From: Rebecca billardiae RCC1528
Taxonomy: Eukaryota > Protista > Haptophyta
Length of the DNA: 64,000 bases
Assembly: GCA_965240325.2 (NCBI GenBank)
Contig: OZ251242.1
Span: 868,001-932,000 of the forward strand
Direction of reading: 5' to 3'
Shown here in pieces: positions 51,921-63,628 of the stretch (position 1 is its first letter; the number at the start of each line of letters is the position of its first letter). The notes under the pieces were generated by a model that was not told the DNA's origin, did not search any database, and saw nothing but the letters and a program-made list of their open reading frames with translations. The translations under genes and the position numbers were made by a program.

Positions 51921-53657
51921 TGACCGCGTTCCGCGGCGGTCCTTTTCCGTAGAACGGAACGTAGTTCGGGGCCCGCGGTGGCGGTGCCACCCTCCGTCGC
52001 ACCCTCCGTCGCGATCGAGAGCAGTGGGCCCGCCCGGCCGCGAGCCCGGCAGCGAGTAGACTCCAGCGGCGCGCCGCCGCCCGCCGCGCGGCCGGGCGGG
52101 CCCATCGCAGCCGCCGGCGCGGCGCCGATTGTGTACAGTCGAAGTCATGGCCGACTGAGATCGTCGGCACGCGCTGCTGCTGCGAGATCGTCGGCGTCGG
52201 CACGCGCTGCTGCTGCGAGGGCTACTCGCTCGCCAGCTGACCGAGGCACTCGAGCAAGCCAAGGTATGAGCACGCCTCGTCGCAGCCAGCCAGGGCCTCC
52301 ATGATTTTGTACAGCACCTCGCACGCGTCCTGCTGCTGCTGCCCAAACGCCGTTGTCCACCGACAGACCTCCGCGATCGCGTCGTGGAGCGGCTCGAGCA
52401 AGCTGCGCGTCGGCCCCACCTCGCTGGGCCACTCGCACTGTTGACATGCGCGAGCGCCAGCGAGCGCATGCTGGACACGATGGGGTTGGTGGACTGCTCA
52501 GCCGCGGCAGATGTGGTGAGCGAGACGATGGAAGGGCACGCGAGCAGCGCCGCCAGCAGCGAGCTGAGGTAGCACGTGACGCCTAGGTTGAGCCGTGCCC
52601 AGCAGGCTGAGCGCCAGCCGGCCGGGCGCCCCCGCTGCGGCTGTGCAGTGTGCTTGCTCTGCAGCGGGCATTTCCCCGTCGAGCGCGGCGAGTGCCGTGA
52701 AGCGGCTGCCAGCTGTTGGGCCGGGTGAGGAGGAGGGAGGGGCCTGGCCTGCGGGGCGCGTGGTGAAGTCGGTGATCAACCGCGCCGCGCCGCCGCTGCC
52801 GAGTGCGCCCTCCGCCTCCAGCACGTTGCGAACCTGGCCGAGGAGCGTCTTGATCGCATGAATCGACACGCGGTACTCGCTCGCGGCTCCGGTGATGGTC
52901 TGCTTGTGCCTGGCGACGGAGATGGCGGCAGCGGTGCTCTGCAGCGTGTTTTTGCCCACCCTCGTCACTGTCGTATCATCATCCGGGATGCGCGTAGTTT
53001 GCGCGCACGCGAATCTGAATGAGCAGGTCGTACTACCTGAAGCGCTTTCTATCCTTCAGCGGCTCATGATCATATACTACAGTTTACTATGATTTAACGT
53101 GCACACTTGGTTAAACAGTATGATAGCATTGATAAGATTCGATTCAATTACTCAATAATGACGAAGTACTTACGACCCGTGGCTCGATTCCTCCTTAACG
53201 GAGCACTGCTATTGAATATGGCCTTCCCGCCAATTATTATTCGACCCGCCGGGACGGAAAGATCGCTCGTACCGAGATAATATTTCGCGACGACAGCCTA
53301 TCCCTTGCCTTGCCGTTTTTATCGGTTGGCGGTTGGCGGCAATCTCATACTTAAAATCGCGCTCGTAACGAACCGTTACGTTAAAGTCACGGCCGGGCTC
53401 ACGTCCCGTCCATCGATTACTTATCGGGATTCAGCTGGGCGCGGTCTTTTTGGCCTGATAGACCTCTCTATGCGATCTCAAAAACTCGAAACTCGGTCTC
53501 CGCCAGCCCTAAAAATCGCCCCCGCCCGTCCCTTTTTTCTTGATGATCATCAAATTAATAATAAGATCTTTTTTAGAAACGTGGTTCGGGCCCGCAGTGC
53601 GGGCTCCACGCTGCGCGCTCCGGCCCTGCACCGCCGGGCCAATGGCCAATGGGGCCA
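51921..53657. mobile_element. Non-autonomous DNA-transposon-like element, copy 2 (same ends as 1935-3613, different interior)
   Basis: Both termini are homologous to copy 1; (TA)n on the left, ...ggccataa on the right. Confidence 0.7.
52222..52968 (-). pseudogene. Frameshifted HTH + ubiquitin-specific-protease (C19)-like fragment inside the element
   Basis: Psq-like HTH AISVARHKQTITGAASEYRVSIHAIKTLL, Cys box LNLGVTCYLSSLLAALLACP (Cys codon 52574-52572) and FGQQQQDACEVLYKIMEAL, in three different frames. Confidence 0.6.
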
Positions 53658-53682
53658 TAAACACTGTGCATGCATATTTAGT

Positions 53683-54622
53683 AGATCAGTAGAAAATCGT
53701 CGAGGTAGTTGACTAGTGCCACTACCCCGTCGGGAGCGATTGCCATGAAGGCCCGGCGAACTGCATCTCCGACCAGTGAAAATACATACGGCGCACTCTT
53801 TGCCCCGAAAGGCATGCGAGTCATGTGGCAGAACCCATCCTGCCAGGCAAAGCCCAAGTGTCGCCAGTCGTCTGGACGGAGATGAATGTGTGGGAACGCA
53901 CTTTTAATGTCCACCTTCGCCATCCAATAACCTGGCTGCAGAGCCTTACACGCGTGATTCACTTCGCGGTAGCGAAACGGAATATCGGGTATAGTTTCGT
54001 TCAACCCGGAGCGCCGACAGTCAAATATCATGCGGATTTCATCGTACGAGCCGTGTTTCGGGACCACCCCGAGAGGTGTGACACAGAGCCGGTCGTGCCT
54101 GACTGAGCCGTCGGGGAGGGGCGTAAAAACAGAGCGATCTGGTTCAGCTTGCACCGCCCATCCGTTTTTGAGCCAGTCCTCGACCTGGTCTGCTGCCTTG
54201 TCTCGATGTTTGTGCACTGAATCATAATTGTACTGATCACAATGGGCGAGGCTGCTCTGCGCTAACGAGTGTGTTGGATCGTCGCCTCCCGCCGACGCCA
54301 GTCCTGGGAAGCAGCTAAAACCGCTGTACACACATGCCACCACGTATCTTGTAACATGTGCTGCCTCGTCGGTGCTGTCGCCTGGCGGGAGGAGCTGCCG
54401 CCAACTCGCCCGTGCGTCGAAGAGCGGGCAGCCTCGGTAGATTTTATCGTAAAATTGACTGTGCTGGCACGCACAGTCGTAACATGCTAGACTACACACT
54501 GGACATTGTGGAATTGGCTCAGGGGGGTTGAGCAGGGGGTCGTCGGATATTGCTGAGGGGATGTTGCAACTATCTTGCCGGGCGGGATTACTTGCTGGTG
54601 AGGTTACGGTCGAATGATCGGG
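53683..54622 (-). pseudogene. Truncated RT ORF of the left retrotransposon copy
   Basis: Matches the intact pol up to YLDDFLLI, then breaks at 53683. Confidence 0.9.
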
Positions 54623-54630
54623 CTAGTGGA

Positions 54631-56151
54631 CTAGCCGTCCGTTTTGGCTCTCCCCTTCGGATCCCTGCCCGGCTTGTCGCTGCCGCACCTCGGACAATAT
54701 TTGACATCCCTGCTGAATTTCCCCTGACAACGTGTGCATTTGTGTGCGAATTTGCATTTACTGTATGAGCAGCCTCCCGGTTTGTTGAATAGGCGGCAGA
54801 TCGGCCCGCCGTCTCCACCGCCCCCTGACTCGTGCGGGCCGCGGAAATTATGCTTCGTGATGGCCGTAGTCATTGCCTCAGAGTTGAAAGCATACTGCAG
54901 TTCGCCCATTAAGCCGGTCTCCCCCGCGTGCATCCGCACTAATTCGTCGTACGCCACGGCTGTTTGTGGGTTGTGATTCCGAGACATAGACGCCACTCGC
55001 TCAAGGTGCTCGAGGGCTGCCTTGAGGATGGAGCCCATGTCCGCCTGGTGTTGGTTGCGAAGAAACCGAGAGTATGCTATGACAAAATCTTCGAGTGTGC
55101 GAATGCGCCGTGCCGCTCGCACGCTAAACTTCGTTTGCACTGATCCATCAGCCCCGTGTGTGATTTGTGCATCGTCCAGCATGTTTGCTGTCTGGGGCAG
55201 ATAAGCCTGCAGAGCCACAATCGGGGCGATCGCTTGCCCTGTCAGTGCTTGCTGCAGCGAATTTTGGATGGCTAAATTCGACAATGGCCCCGGGCCAGCC
55301 AAGGGTCCTCCCATGCCCCCTAGCTGTGGTGGTATCGACTGTAGTAGCCCGGCTCCCCGGAGGCTATCCTCGCCCGCCCGAGAGCCAGATTGTGACTCGC
55401 CCTCGCTGCCGGCTAGTGTCCCTCTGCGACTCTTGCCGCCTCGATGCTTGGGCCTGCGCCGTCTCTTTTTCGTGACCGGAGTGACTTCGGTTTCCCGATC
55501 AGAAAGGAACTCGTCGTCTTCATACTCTCCCCTCGGAATGTCATCGTCCGTATCTTCGCCTAATTCGGAATCACTGCCTGAGTCATCACCATCTTGGTCG
55601 GGCTCTGGCGTGGCTGCCCTCTGTCGTTTATTCGACGGGGGCCCTTGCCTGAGTTGTCGACCTTCATCTGCCTGGCCTTTCCGTTTCTTGTCAGCACCGG
55701 CTGCACGGTTTGCAACCGGCGGGGTTGACTGTGCTGCCTTTGCACGACGGGCGTTGTTTTCCTGCGCGCGAGAACCACCCCGAGTCTCGGCCCTGGTGGC
55801 GCGCGGGCGGGCGGCAGCTCCTGCTCGCCCCGCCTGTGATCCTTTCCGCCCTCTCCTTGCGTTGGGATCTACTTCATAGTCAACGTCGTTCCTCGTTTGG
55901 GGGACGATATCCTCCACCTGGAGAGGTGGTTCAATCGTTCTGATCGCCCGACCCTCCTGGAAAGTAGTCACTTCCTGGTCATCGTCATCCTGATCATCCA
56001 CCTCCGAATCGTTTTCCCCCCGGTGATCCGAATCGTTCGCCTCACGGATCGGTACCTTCTTCCTTGTTGATGGCCCGCGGCGCGCCGCCTGTTTAGGCGC
56101 GGCCCGGCCCCCTTGGTTACGCGTAGTTTTGGAAACAGAAGCTTTAGTCAT
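54631..56151 (-). CDS. Gag-like ORF1 with a C-terminal CCCH-type zinc finger
   Basis: Basic/acidic disordered N-terminus, AVAYDELVR helix and CRLFNKPGGCSYSKCKFAHKCTRC. Lies directly upstream of RT. Confidence 0.87.
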   Translation of the reverse strand: MTKASVSKTTRNQGGRAAPKQAARRGPSTRKKVPIREANDSDHRGENDSEVDDQDDDDQEVTTFQEGRAIRTIEPPLQVEDIVPQTRNDVDYEVDPNARRGRKGSQAGRAGAAARPRATRAETRGGSRAQENNARRAKAAQSTPPVANRAAGADKKRKGQADEGRQLRQGPPSNKRQRAATPEPDQDGDDSGSDSELGEDTDDDIPRGEYEDDEFLSDRETEVTPVTKKRRRRPKHRGGKSRRGTLAGSEGESQSGSRAGEDSLRGAGLLQSIPPQLGGMGGPLAGPGPLSNLAIQNSLQQALTGQAIAPIVALQAYLPQTANMLDDAQITHGADGSVQTKFSVRAARRIRTLEDFVIAYSRFLRNQHQADMGSILKAALEHLERVASMSRNHNPQTAVAYDELVRMHAGETGLMGELQYAFNSEAMTTAITKHNFRGPHESGGGGDGGPICRLFNKPGGCSYSKCKFAHKCTRCQGKFSRDVKYCPRCGSDKPGRDPKGRAKTDG

Positions 56152-57189
56152 ATTTGCCTTACGCAGGACCCCAGTCGGGGATAGTGCGGTCCGTTTGCTC
56201 CTACTGCTGCCGCTGACAGTAAGAGGGCTGTTCTTTTTTCAACGTGACAGCGAGTTCGCCACTCTCTCTGCTCCACGGCGACGTATTCAGGGGATTTATT
56301 ACCCGCCCCCCTAACCCAGTATCGGCCGACTGCCACTGAGGGGTGCTCCACGGCTTGCACCCAGCGGGAATTGTTCCCCCGACAGGGACACAGACAGAAG
56401 ATAAAGATGGGTCGCATCTGAATCGTCAGTCGGCGTCCCTACCGGGGGGTGGGTCTAAGTGAGTCGTGGGGGTTGGGCAAGCGGCGGTACCGCCCCCCTA
56501 CACCCCGCGAGTCACCAGCACAGAGGCTGAACAGTGAACCGCTACTGGAGTGGCTTTTGATTGAATGTCAACAGCCTACTCTTTCATGTTTATTGAATGT
56601 CCAGCGCAGCCCTCTCAGCTCAGTTCATGATGTTTTGGCTCGGTAGTCGGTTGTATCAGCGGTACTTGTCAACTCCAGAGGGAAAGACTTTGGGCCCACT
56701 ACAGGCTTTCAAGACTCTCTACCCCGAGCAGATCGTTCCCCATACTGTATACCCTATGCATCGATTGTTGATCGGCTGAGTAAATCAACTGGGCGGCGCT
56801 CGCGAGCAGTTCCGCAAACACAGTGTCGTCACTCAACCTCCACAGCCTGATGCAGGAGGCCCCACTACCTCGATCGTCACTGTAACGTGGGATTTAACAT
56901 CGTCAACTCCAAGGAAAGCTTCTAAGCCTGCCAAACCCGTACTTGAGTGGCTTCCTTCCCACCCTGGGCTTGCTCTGTGCGTGCGTACACTCATCGTATG
57001 TGGTTCCACTGATGAGTGCGTCCGCTGCAAGGTCCAGTGTAGTTAGGCGCGCTGGGCCGAGCTCGCGAGCCACCGCAGACACAGCATCGTCACTCAACAC
57101 GATTGTTCAACGCAGCTGTCGAGACTCTCGACCCGGAGGATACAATGTATGTCGCCCTCTATACAATGTCAATCTTAACCAAACCAACA

Positions 57190-58537
57190 AAAAGAGCTTT
57201 GATTCCTACTGTGCGGGGGGGAGCGACCCTGCTCTTCAGCCGGCATGCCGCCTTCAAGCCTCCCTCCCCAAGATAGGTGCCAGCCCCCTCCTTCGAAGCG
57301 CGACGCAAACACGTGCGCTTGGGTGGGCACGCGCACAGATGCGCCGGCGCAAGGCGCAACCCCGCGCCCGTCCACTCTCCGCGCCAGGGGCGCGGCGCAG
57401 GAGGTGCGCCCGGCCGCAAGACTTCGCCGCAGGACGAAATGGCTGCCACTCGGTGCGGCGACCGTCGATAGGTTGCCTCTGCCCGCTGCTCGGGGGCCGC
57501 ACCCGGCCACGGTCCTCGTGCGGCGTGTGATCCTCGTGTGTCGCACGAGCCTCTGCCTTCGTGGGCTCCGCGTTTGGTCCCGGCTCCGCCTGTCCTCTCC
57601 CTTCTGCACTGGCGCGCGCGCGCGCGCGCGGCGGCGATGACTGATCGTACTTCACACTCTTCCTGTCGCGCGACAGTGTACCTCTGCATCATACGTATTG
57701 CCCGTACGGCTGCATCCAAGTACGTTTGTACGTCCTGGATGTTCCATTTGCCAGCTACCTCTCTCCGAGGCCTCACGCGTTCGGCTGCCTACTGGGCCCT
57801 TGGCTGCCAGCTACGATCCGAATGGTGTCTCTCCTTGCGCGCGCGCGCGACGCGCGCGGCGCCGCCAACTCTGGTGAGAGCCTCCGCCTGGATCCTGCCT
57901 TACTGCCGGCCTCTACCGGCCGTCAATGGCCATGTTGCCAAGGGCCGCCGACGGTTGGCCCGACTAAAGTTCTCGTTAGACACTGTGGTCTAAGAGGGGT
58001 TAGTCGGATAGAATAACACTGCTAGTCCTCAGCTGGCAAACTACCGCGCGCGCGCGCGCGCGCGCCTAAGTTCCCGCTCCCCCCACTGCGTCCTTGCTTT
58101 TATGGGCGGCCCCCGACCGGAACGAGTGTGGGGGCGGACGCCCGGGCCTTTCAGCCCGAGCGCCCTTGTTATTGTTAGTGGCTTTGCCTCCGCCATCTCC
58201 TTACGCGAGCAAGCAGAAAGCAGAGGCTCACCGCGAGACGAGGTTCATCGACGTTTGTACATTTGACCTCGGCTTCGCGGGAGTGGTCGATTGGTGGGCC
58301 CAACGTTTGTTCAAGCAAGTTACAGTGTCTCTGAACTTGTGGGCGGTCTAGTCTTGATATTGATGTTGATGCCGAACCAGCAATGTTCCATCCGATGATT
58401 CGTCCGCTTTCTTTGGGGCAGAGTCGGACTCCATGGTCACCGCTGAAGTAAGCGATAGTATATGCTTGTTCGTCATTGTCTTTTGCCAGGGACCCACTGA
58501 CTGTGGATACCTTGGGCAACAGACAACGATTCCCCCA
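57190..58537. repeat. Long direct repeat R1 (inferred B2+A1 junction of the tandem copies)
   Basis: Matches 58710-60064; the differences noticed are a 7-bp indel (ggcaact) and one substitution. Confidence 0.95.
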
Positions 58538-58709
58538 CGATTCCTTTCCTACGGCGAAAAGAAAAAGCGCTGGCAACCAAAATTGTCGGTCCATTGATTA
58601 ACAAGGTTGGTTGATGAAGCCGTTTTCATTTGCTTCAACAGGCTCGGCTTGCTCGCCGGAAAAGATGGAATTCCGTAACAACGAAAATGAATGCGGGCGG
58701 GTGGGAGGG

Positions 58710-60064
58710 AAAAGAGCTTTGATTCCTACTGTGCGGGGGGGAGCGACCCTGCTCTTCAGCCGGCATGCCGCCTTCAAGCCTCCCTCCCCAAGATAGGTGC
58801 CAGCCCCCTCCTTCGAAGCGCGACGCAAACACGTGCGCTTGGGTGGGCACGCGCACAGATGCGCCGGCGCAAGGCGCAACCCCGCGCCCGTCCACTCTCC
58901 GCGCCAGGGGCGCGGCGCAGGAGGTGCGCCCGGCCGCAAGACTTCGCCGCAGGACGAAATGGCTGCCACTCGGTGCGGCGACCGTCGATAGGTTGCCTCT
59001 GCCCGCTGCTCGGGGGCCGCACCCGGCCACGGTCCTCGTGCGGCGTGTGATCCTCGTGTGTCGCACGAGCCTCTGCCTTCGTGGGCTCCGCGTTTGGTCC
59101 CGGCTCCGCCTGTCCTCTCCCTTCTGCACTGGCGCGCGCGCGCGCGCGCGGCGGCGATGACTGATCGTACTTCACACTCTTCCTGTCGCGCGACAGTGTA
59201 CCTCTGCATCATACGTATTGCCCGTACGGCTGCATCCAAGTACGTTTGTACGTCCTGGATGTTCCATTTGCCAGCTACCTCTCTCCGAGGCCTCACGCGT
59301 TCGGCTGCCTACTGGGCCCTTGGCTGCCAGCTACGATCCGAATGGTGTCTCTCCTTGCGCGCGCGCGCGACGCGCGCGGCGCCGCCAACTGGCAACTCTG
59401 GTGAGAGCCTCCGCCTGGATCCTGCCTTACTGCCGGCCTCTACCGGCCGTCAATGGCCATGTTGCCAAGGGCCGCCGACGGTTGGCCCGACTAAAGTTCT
59501 CGTTAGACACTGTGGTCTAAGAGGGGTTAGTCGGATAGAATAACACTGCTAGTCCTCAGCTGGCAAACTACCGCGCGCGCGCGCGCGCGCGCCTAAGTTC
59601 CCGCTCCCCCCACTGCGTCCTTGCTTTTATGGGCGGCCCCCGACCGGAACGAGTGTGGGGGCGGACGCCCGGGCCTTTCAGCCCGAGCGCCCTTGTTATT
59701 GTTAGTGGCTTTGCCTCCGCCATCTCCTTACGCGAGCAAGCAGAAAGCAGAGGCTCACCGCGAGACGAGGTTCATCGACGTTTGTACATTTGACCTCGGC
59801 TTCGCGGGAGTGGTCGATTGGTGGGCCCAACGTTTGTTCAAGCAAGTTACAGTGTCTCTGAACTTGTGGGCGGTCTAGTCTGGATATTGATGTTGATGCC
59901 GAACCAGCAATGTTCCATCCGATGATTCGTCCGCTTTCTTTGGGGCAGAGTCGGACTCCATGGTCACCGCTGAAGTAAGCGATAGTATATGCTTGTTCGT
60001 CATTGTCTTTTGCCAGGGACCCACTGACTGTGGATACCTTGGGCAACAGACAACGATTCCCCCA
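58710..60064. repeat. Long direct repeat R2 (inferred internal B1+A2)
   Basis: See R1; the two are separated by a unique 172-bp spacer at 58538-58709. Confidence 0.95.
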
Positions 60065-60654
60065 AACCGGATGGACCGGAGCGACACCCTGATAAGTATC
60101 ACTGTGTCGGTCGGTTCTTCCATATCGGACCAGCAGCAACTATCGCTAGCCAGGGCTTCTGACCGCACTGTCCAGTTTATCCCCCACATGTAGAGCGGAC
60201 GGACCGATGGTGGTCATCGATGGAAAAACTACTCACAATATTCGGCCGCACACTGCTAGTTCCCGCCTGAGTTGGGCTCCTGGTTCGATCACTCTCCCAA
60301 ACAATAACAATATAGATTGTATGTCTACTGGCATGCGATTTGTGCATCCGGTAGTACAAAGTACCTGTGCGAGCAGGGCAAGGGGGGGGGGGGGTGCACA
60401 TTATCCGTCAGCACGAATGACTGTCATCGTTTGACAAAATGCACAACACAACTGTTTAACACTAGCGACCACTGCTGTCCCGCCACTCGACGCACTGTCA
60501 GGAACGGTCAATGAGTCATATGTGAATAAATGCATTAATTAATTAAATAAATATATATATATATATGATCGTGTGTATAACTCGACAAGTGGGCTTGCTT
60601 CCAGCCTTGGCGTGGTCGGTTGCATCAATCGCAATGTCTGTCCAGTGCTGAGCC

Positions 60655-61683
60655 TTAGCCGAGTGCTTTTGCCATTCGAGCACATAATTGGCCTCGCCGC
60701 AAAGCCTGAGACGAGTAGGATCGCCACACGCCCGAATGCCACCTGCCAATAAGCTTGCAGTCGTCCTCTGTCAATTTGGCCGACTCTGCCAGCCATAACC
60801 CTGTACGCCGCCATGTATGTGTCCCGAGGGCCGTACCCCCCAACCCCAGGGTGACTCCGAGGGCGTGTGCCCACCCTAGCGCCTCCTCATATGGTAGGGG
60901 GCAGCCTCTTGACTTGGCTGAACTAAAGACTGGCCCCGACGGTACCTCACCTCGTCGGAGGCGTGAGCGACTGTACTGCCACCAATCTCGCAGTGCCAGC
61001 ACCGGGCAGCACACCCCTGAAGTGTTGGTGAGCTTAGGTAGCCAGACGCCCACTGGCTCGCGCTGTCGTTTGCCACGGTGTAGAATGATAAATATCCCTT
61101 TTCCCGTTGTGTCCCAAAGCACGTCGTCCCAGTGTATGATTCTGGTACCCTGCCCCACAGCGGAGTGTCCCCCTTCAGAGAAATGTTCAGACCGTAGCAG
61201 CCCGAATGTCGCCACAGTGACTAATGCCAGCCACATCTTGTCTCGGTGCGCTCGGGACAACTTCAGCCGAGCACAAACTGTCGAGAATTGAGCCGCCGTC
61301 AGTCCCCGCTTCCTTAAAGGGGTCTTTCCGTGTTGCGCTTCTATAAACTGTACGATCCGTTTTTCAACGAAGCTACGTTTGCAGACGGTATAACCTCTCG
61401 CTCGTGCCCAAGCTCGGACCGCCCCTGTGTACGTCTTTACCGTATTCGCCAAATTCCCAGCGGCCAGCAGGAACCCAGCAAACCGTTCAAATTGCTTGTT
61501 AATGTGAAACCCATCCGGCCGTAGATGGTATTGGCCGCAGAATCGCAGCCACGCCTTGACTGCCGTATTGTACGACCGAGTTGTATTTGCCTCTACTCCC
61601 GCCTGAACCACTGTCTCGACCACTGAATCTAATTGTTTCAACGTAGATACCTTCCTCGTTGGGCCTGCCGGTGGCCTGCCCAT
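60655..61683 (-). CDS. Tyrosine recombinase (retrotransposon ORF3)
   Basis: Core-binding domain NTTRSYNTAVKAWLRFC and catalytic residues GLLRSE (R), GK (K), HTWRR (HxxR), GRW and SY (Y). First ATG at 61683, just after the pol stop. Confidence 0.93.
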   Translation of the reverse strand: MGRPPAGPTRKVSTLKQLDSVVETVVQAGVEANTTRSYNTAVKAWLRFCGQYHLRPDGFHINKQFERFAGFLLAAGNLANTVKTYTGAVRAWARARGYTVCKRSFVEKRIVQFIEAQHGKTPLRKRGLTAAQFSTVCARLKLSRAHRDKMWLALVTVATFGLLRSEHFSEGGHSAVGQGTRIIHWDDVLWDTTGKGIFIILHRGKRQREPVGVWLPKLTNTSGVCCPVLALRDWWQYSRSRLRRGEVPSGPVFSSAKSRGCPLPYEEALGWAHALGVTLGLGGTALGTHTWRRTGLWLAESAKLTEDDCKLIGRWHSGVWRSYSSQALRRGQLCARMAKALG

Positions 61684-61688
61684 TAAGC

Positions 61689-63620
61689 TCAGAATTTGTT
61701 CCACAGTCCCGCCGGGCGACGCACGCGCCGCGGCGGCTTGCGGATGTTTTTAATGAGATGCCACTTGTCCTTTCTGGACAGGGCATCGGCGTAGTCGTTG
61801 TCTACGCCGCTAATGTGTGTAGCACGGAGAAGGAATCCATGACGTACTTCCAGAAGATTCAGTTGTCGCAAGAGTGGCAGAGTCTCGGCGCACCGGGTCG
61901 AGTGTTTGTTTATTGAGTCCACGACGGCTTTATTATCCACAAAGGCAAGCACCCTTTGGGCCTTCCACTTCGGCCCCCAGCGTTGTGCGGCGCGGACTAC
62001 CGCGTATAATTCTTTTGGGTAGATGTGTGAAAAGGAATGTTGTGCAAACCCAGTGCCAAATGTATCTTCGCCGTGTGCAGTGGCGCCCCAGCCATTGTCC
62101 GAGGCGTCCGAGAAAACGGCTACGCAAGGCTTAGGTCGTTCTTCTAAAAACAATGTGCGCGGCTGCCAGTGGCGCACCGCGCGCGCCCACCAGCGCAGAT
62201 CGTCTTTTGTTGTTGCGGACAAGCGCACGGGCAGGTTTTTGGTCCCCCTCCTCGCCGCGCCGTCGCGCCGCTTCGCTATTTTCGTCGTCGTCTGCTGACT
62301 CGCGTCGCGCGCGCGCGCGCGCGCGCGCGCGCGCTGCGTCCCGCGCGCGCGCGCATGCACGAGCACGAGCAAGCGGCGTAGGTACGGACGGCACCGAGGG
62401 TTGGCTCGCGCGAGCCAGCCTAGTCGGCCGCACAGGGACTCAAGCTGAGCCACTGACGCCGCCGTCCGCCGCCGCAAAATACTGTCGATTTCGATTTTTA
62501 CGTTGGTAAGCCGCTCCCTGGTGACTGTCAGCTCGCACTTCACCGAGTCGAGGACGACTCCTAAAAACTCACAGCGACGGGTCGGCGGCACTGTCTTGTC
62601 CTCCCTCACGACCAGGCCGAGTTTGGCCAGGAGCGCGTGAAGAGCCTCCAGTGCCGCCTCACACGAGGCTTTGTCTCTGCAGATCAGTAGAAAATCGTCG
62701 AGGTAGTTGACTAGTGCCACTACCCCGTCGGGAGCGATTGCCATGAAGGCCCGGCGAACTGCATCTCCGACCAGTGAAAATACATACGGCGCACTCTTTG
62801 CCCCGAAAGGCATGCGAGTCATGTGGCAGAACCCATCCTGCCAGGCAAAGCCCAAGTGTCGCCAGTCGTCTGGACGGAGATGAATGTGTGGGAACGCACT
62901 TTTAATGTCCACCTTCGCCATCCAATAACCTGGCTGCAGAGCCTTACACGCGTGATTCACTTCGCGGTAGCGAAACGGAATATCGGGTATAGTTTCGTTC
63001 AACCCGGAGCGCCGACAGTCAAATATCATGCGGATTTCATCGTACGAGCCGTGTTTCGGGACCACCCCGAGAGGTGTGACACAGAGCCGGTCGTGCCTGA
63101 CTGAGCCGTCGGGGAGGGGCGTAAAAACAGAGCGATCTGGTTCAGCTTGCACCGCCCATCCGTTTTTGAGCCAGTCCTCGACCTGGTCTGCTGCCTTGTC
63201 TCGATGTTTGTGCACTGAATCATAATTGTACTGATCACAATGGGCGAGGCTGCTCTGCGCTAACGAGTGTGTTGGATCGTCGCCTCCCGCCGACGCCAGT
63301 CCTGGGAAGCAGCTAAAACCGCTGTACACACATGCCACCACGTATCTTGTAACATGTGCTGCCTCGTCGGTGCTGTCGCCTGGCGGGAGGAGCTGCCGCC
63401 AACTCGCCCGTGCGTCGAAGAGCGGGCAGCCTCGGTAGATTTTATCGTAAAATTGACTGTGCTGGCACGCACAGTCGTAACATGCTAGACTACACACTGG
63501 ACATTGTGGAATTGGCTCAGGGGGGTTGAGCAGGGGGTCGTCGGATATTGCTGAGGGGATGTTGCAACTATCTTGCCGGGCGGGATTACTTGCTGGTGAG
63601 GTTACGGTCGAATGATCGGG
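61689..63620 (-). CDS. Reverse transcriptase / RNase H (pol); start undefined
   Basis: PLGVVPK, RMIFDCR, KVDIKSAF, MPFGAKSAP, YLDD and EFLGV. RNase H: FSDAS, KELYA, VDN, NDYADALSR. No methyltransferase domain seen. Frame is open from 63620. Confidence 0.93.
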   Translation of the reverse strand, partial: PDHSTVTSPASNPARQDSCNIPSAISDDPLLNPPEPIPQCPVCSLACYDCACQHSQFYDKIYRGCPLFDARASWRQLLPPGDSTDEAAHVTRYVVACVYSGFSCFPGLASAGGDDPTHSLAQSSLAHCDQYNYDSVHKHRDKAADQVEDWLKNGWAVQAEPDRSVFTPLPDGSVRHDRLCVTPLGVVPKHGSYDEIRMIFDCRRSGLNETIPDIPFRYREVNHACKALQPGYWMAKVDIKSAFPHIHLRPDDWRHLGFAWQDGFCHMTRMPFGAKSAPYVFSLVGDAVRRAFMAIAPDGVVALVNYLDDFLLICRDKASCEAALEALHALLAKLGLVVREDKTVPPTRRCEFLGVVLDSVKCELTVTRERLTNVKIEIDSILRRRTAASVAQLESLCGRLGWLARANPRCRPYLRRLLVLVHARARGTQRARARARARDASQQTTTKIAKRRDGAARRGTKNLPVRLSATTKDDLRWWARAVRHWQPRTLFLEERPKPCVAVFSDASDNGWGATAHGEDTFGTGFAQHSFSHIYPKELYAVVRAAQRWGPKWKAQRVLAFVDNKAVVDSINKHSTRCAETLPLLRQLNLLEVRHGFLLRATHISGVDNDYADALSRKDKWHLIKNIRKPPRRVRRPAGLWNKF

Positions 63621-63628
63621 CTAGTGGA

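Noticed and set aside
57159-59296. ORFs within the 1.35-kb repeats
   Set aside because: No recognisable domains, they run through (GC)n tracts, and their ends differ between the repeat copies.
57190-60064. LTR pair of a Gypsy/Copia element or TRIM
   Set aside because: No TG...CA ends or TSD seen, and the associated element has a tyrosine recombinase rather than a DDE integrase.
60655-61683. Prophage or integron integrase / bacterial contamination
   Set aside because: It lies directly downstream of gag and RT/RNase H in typical DIRS-order arrangement.
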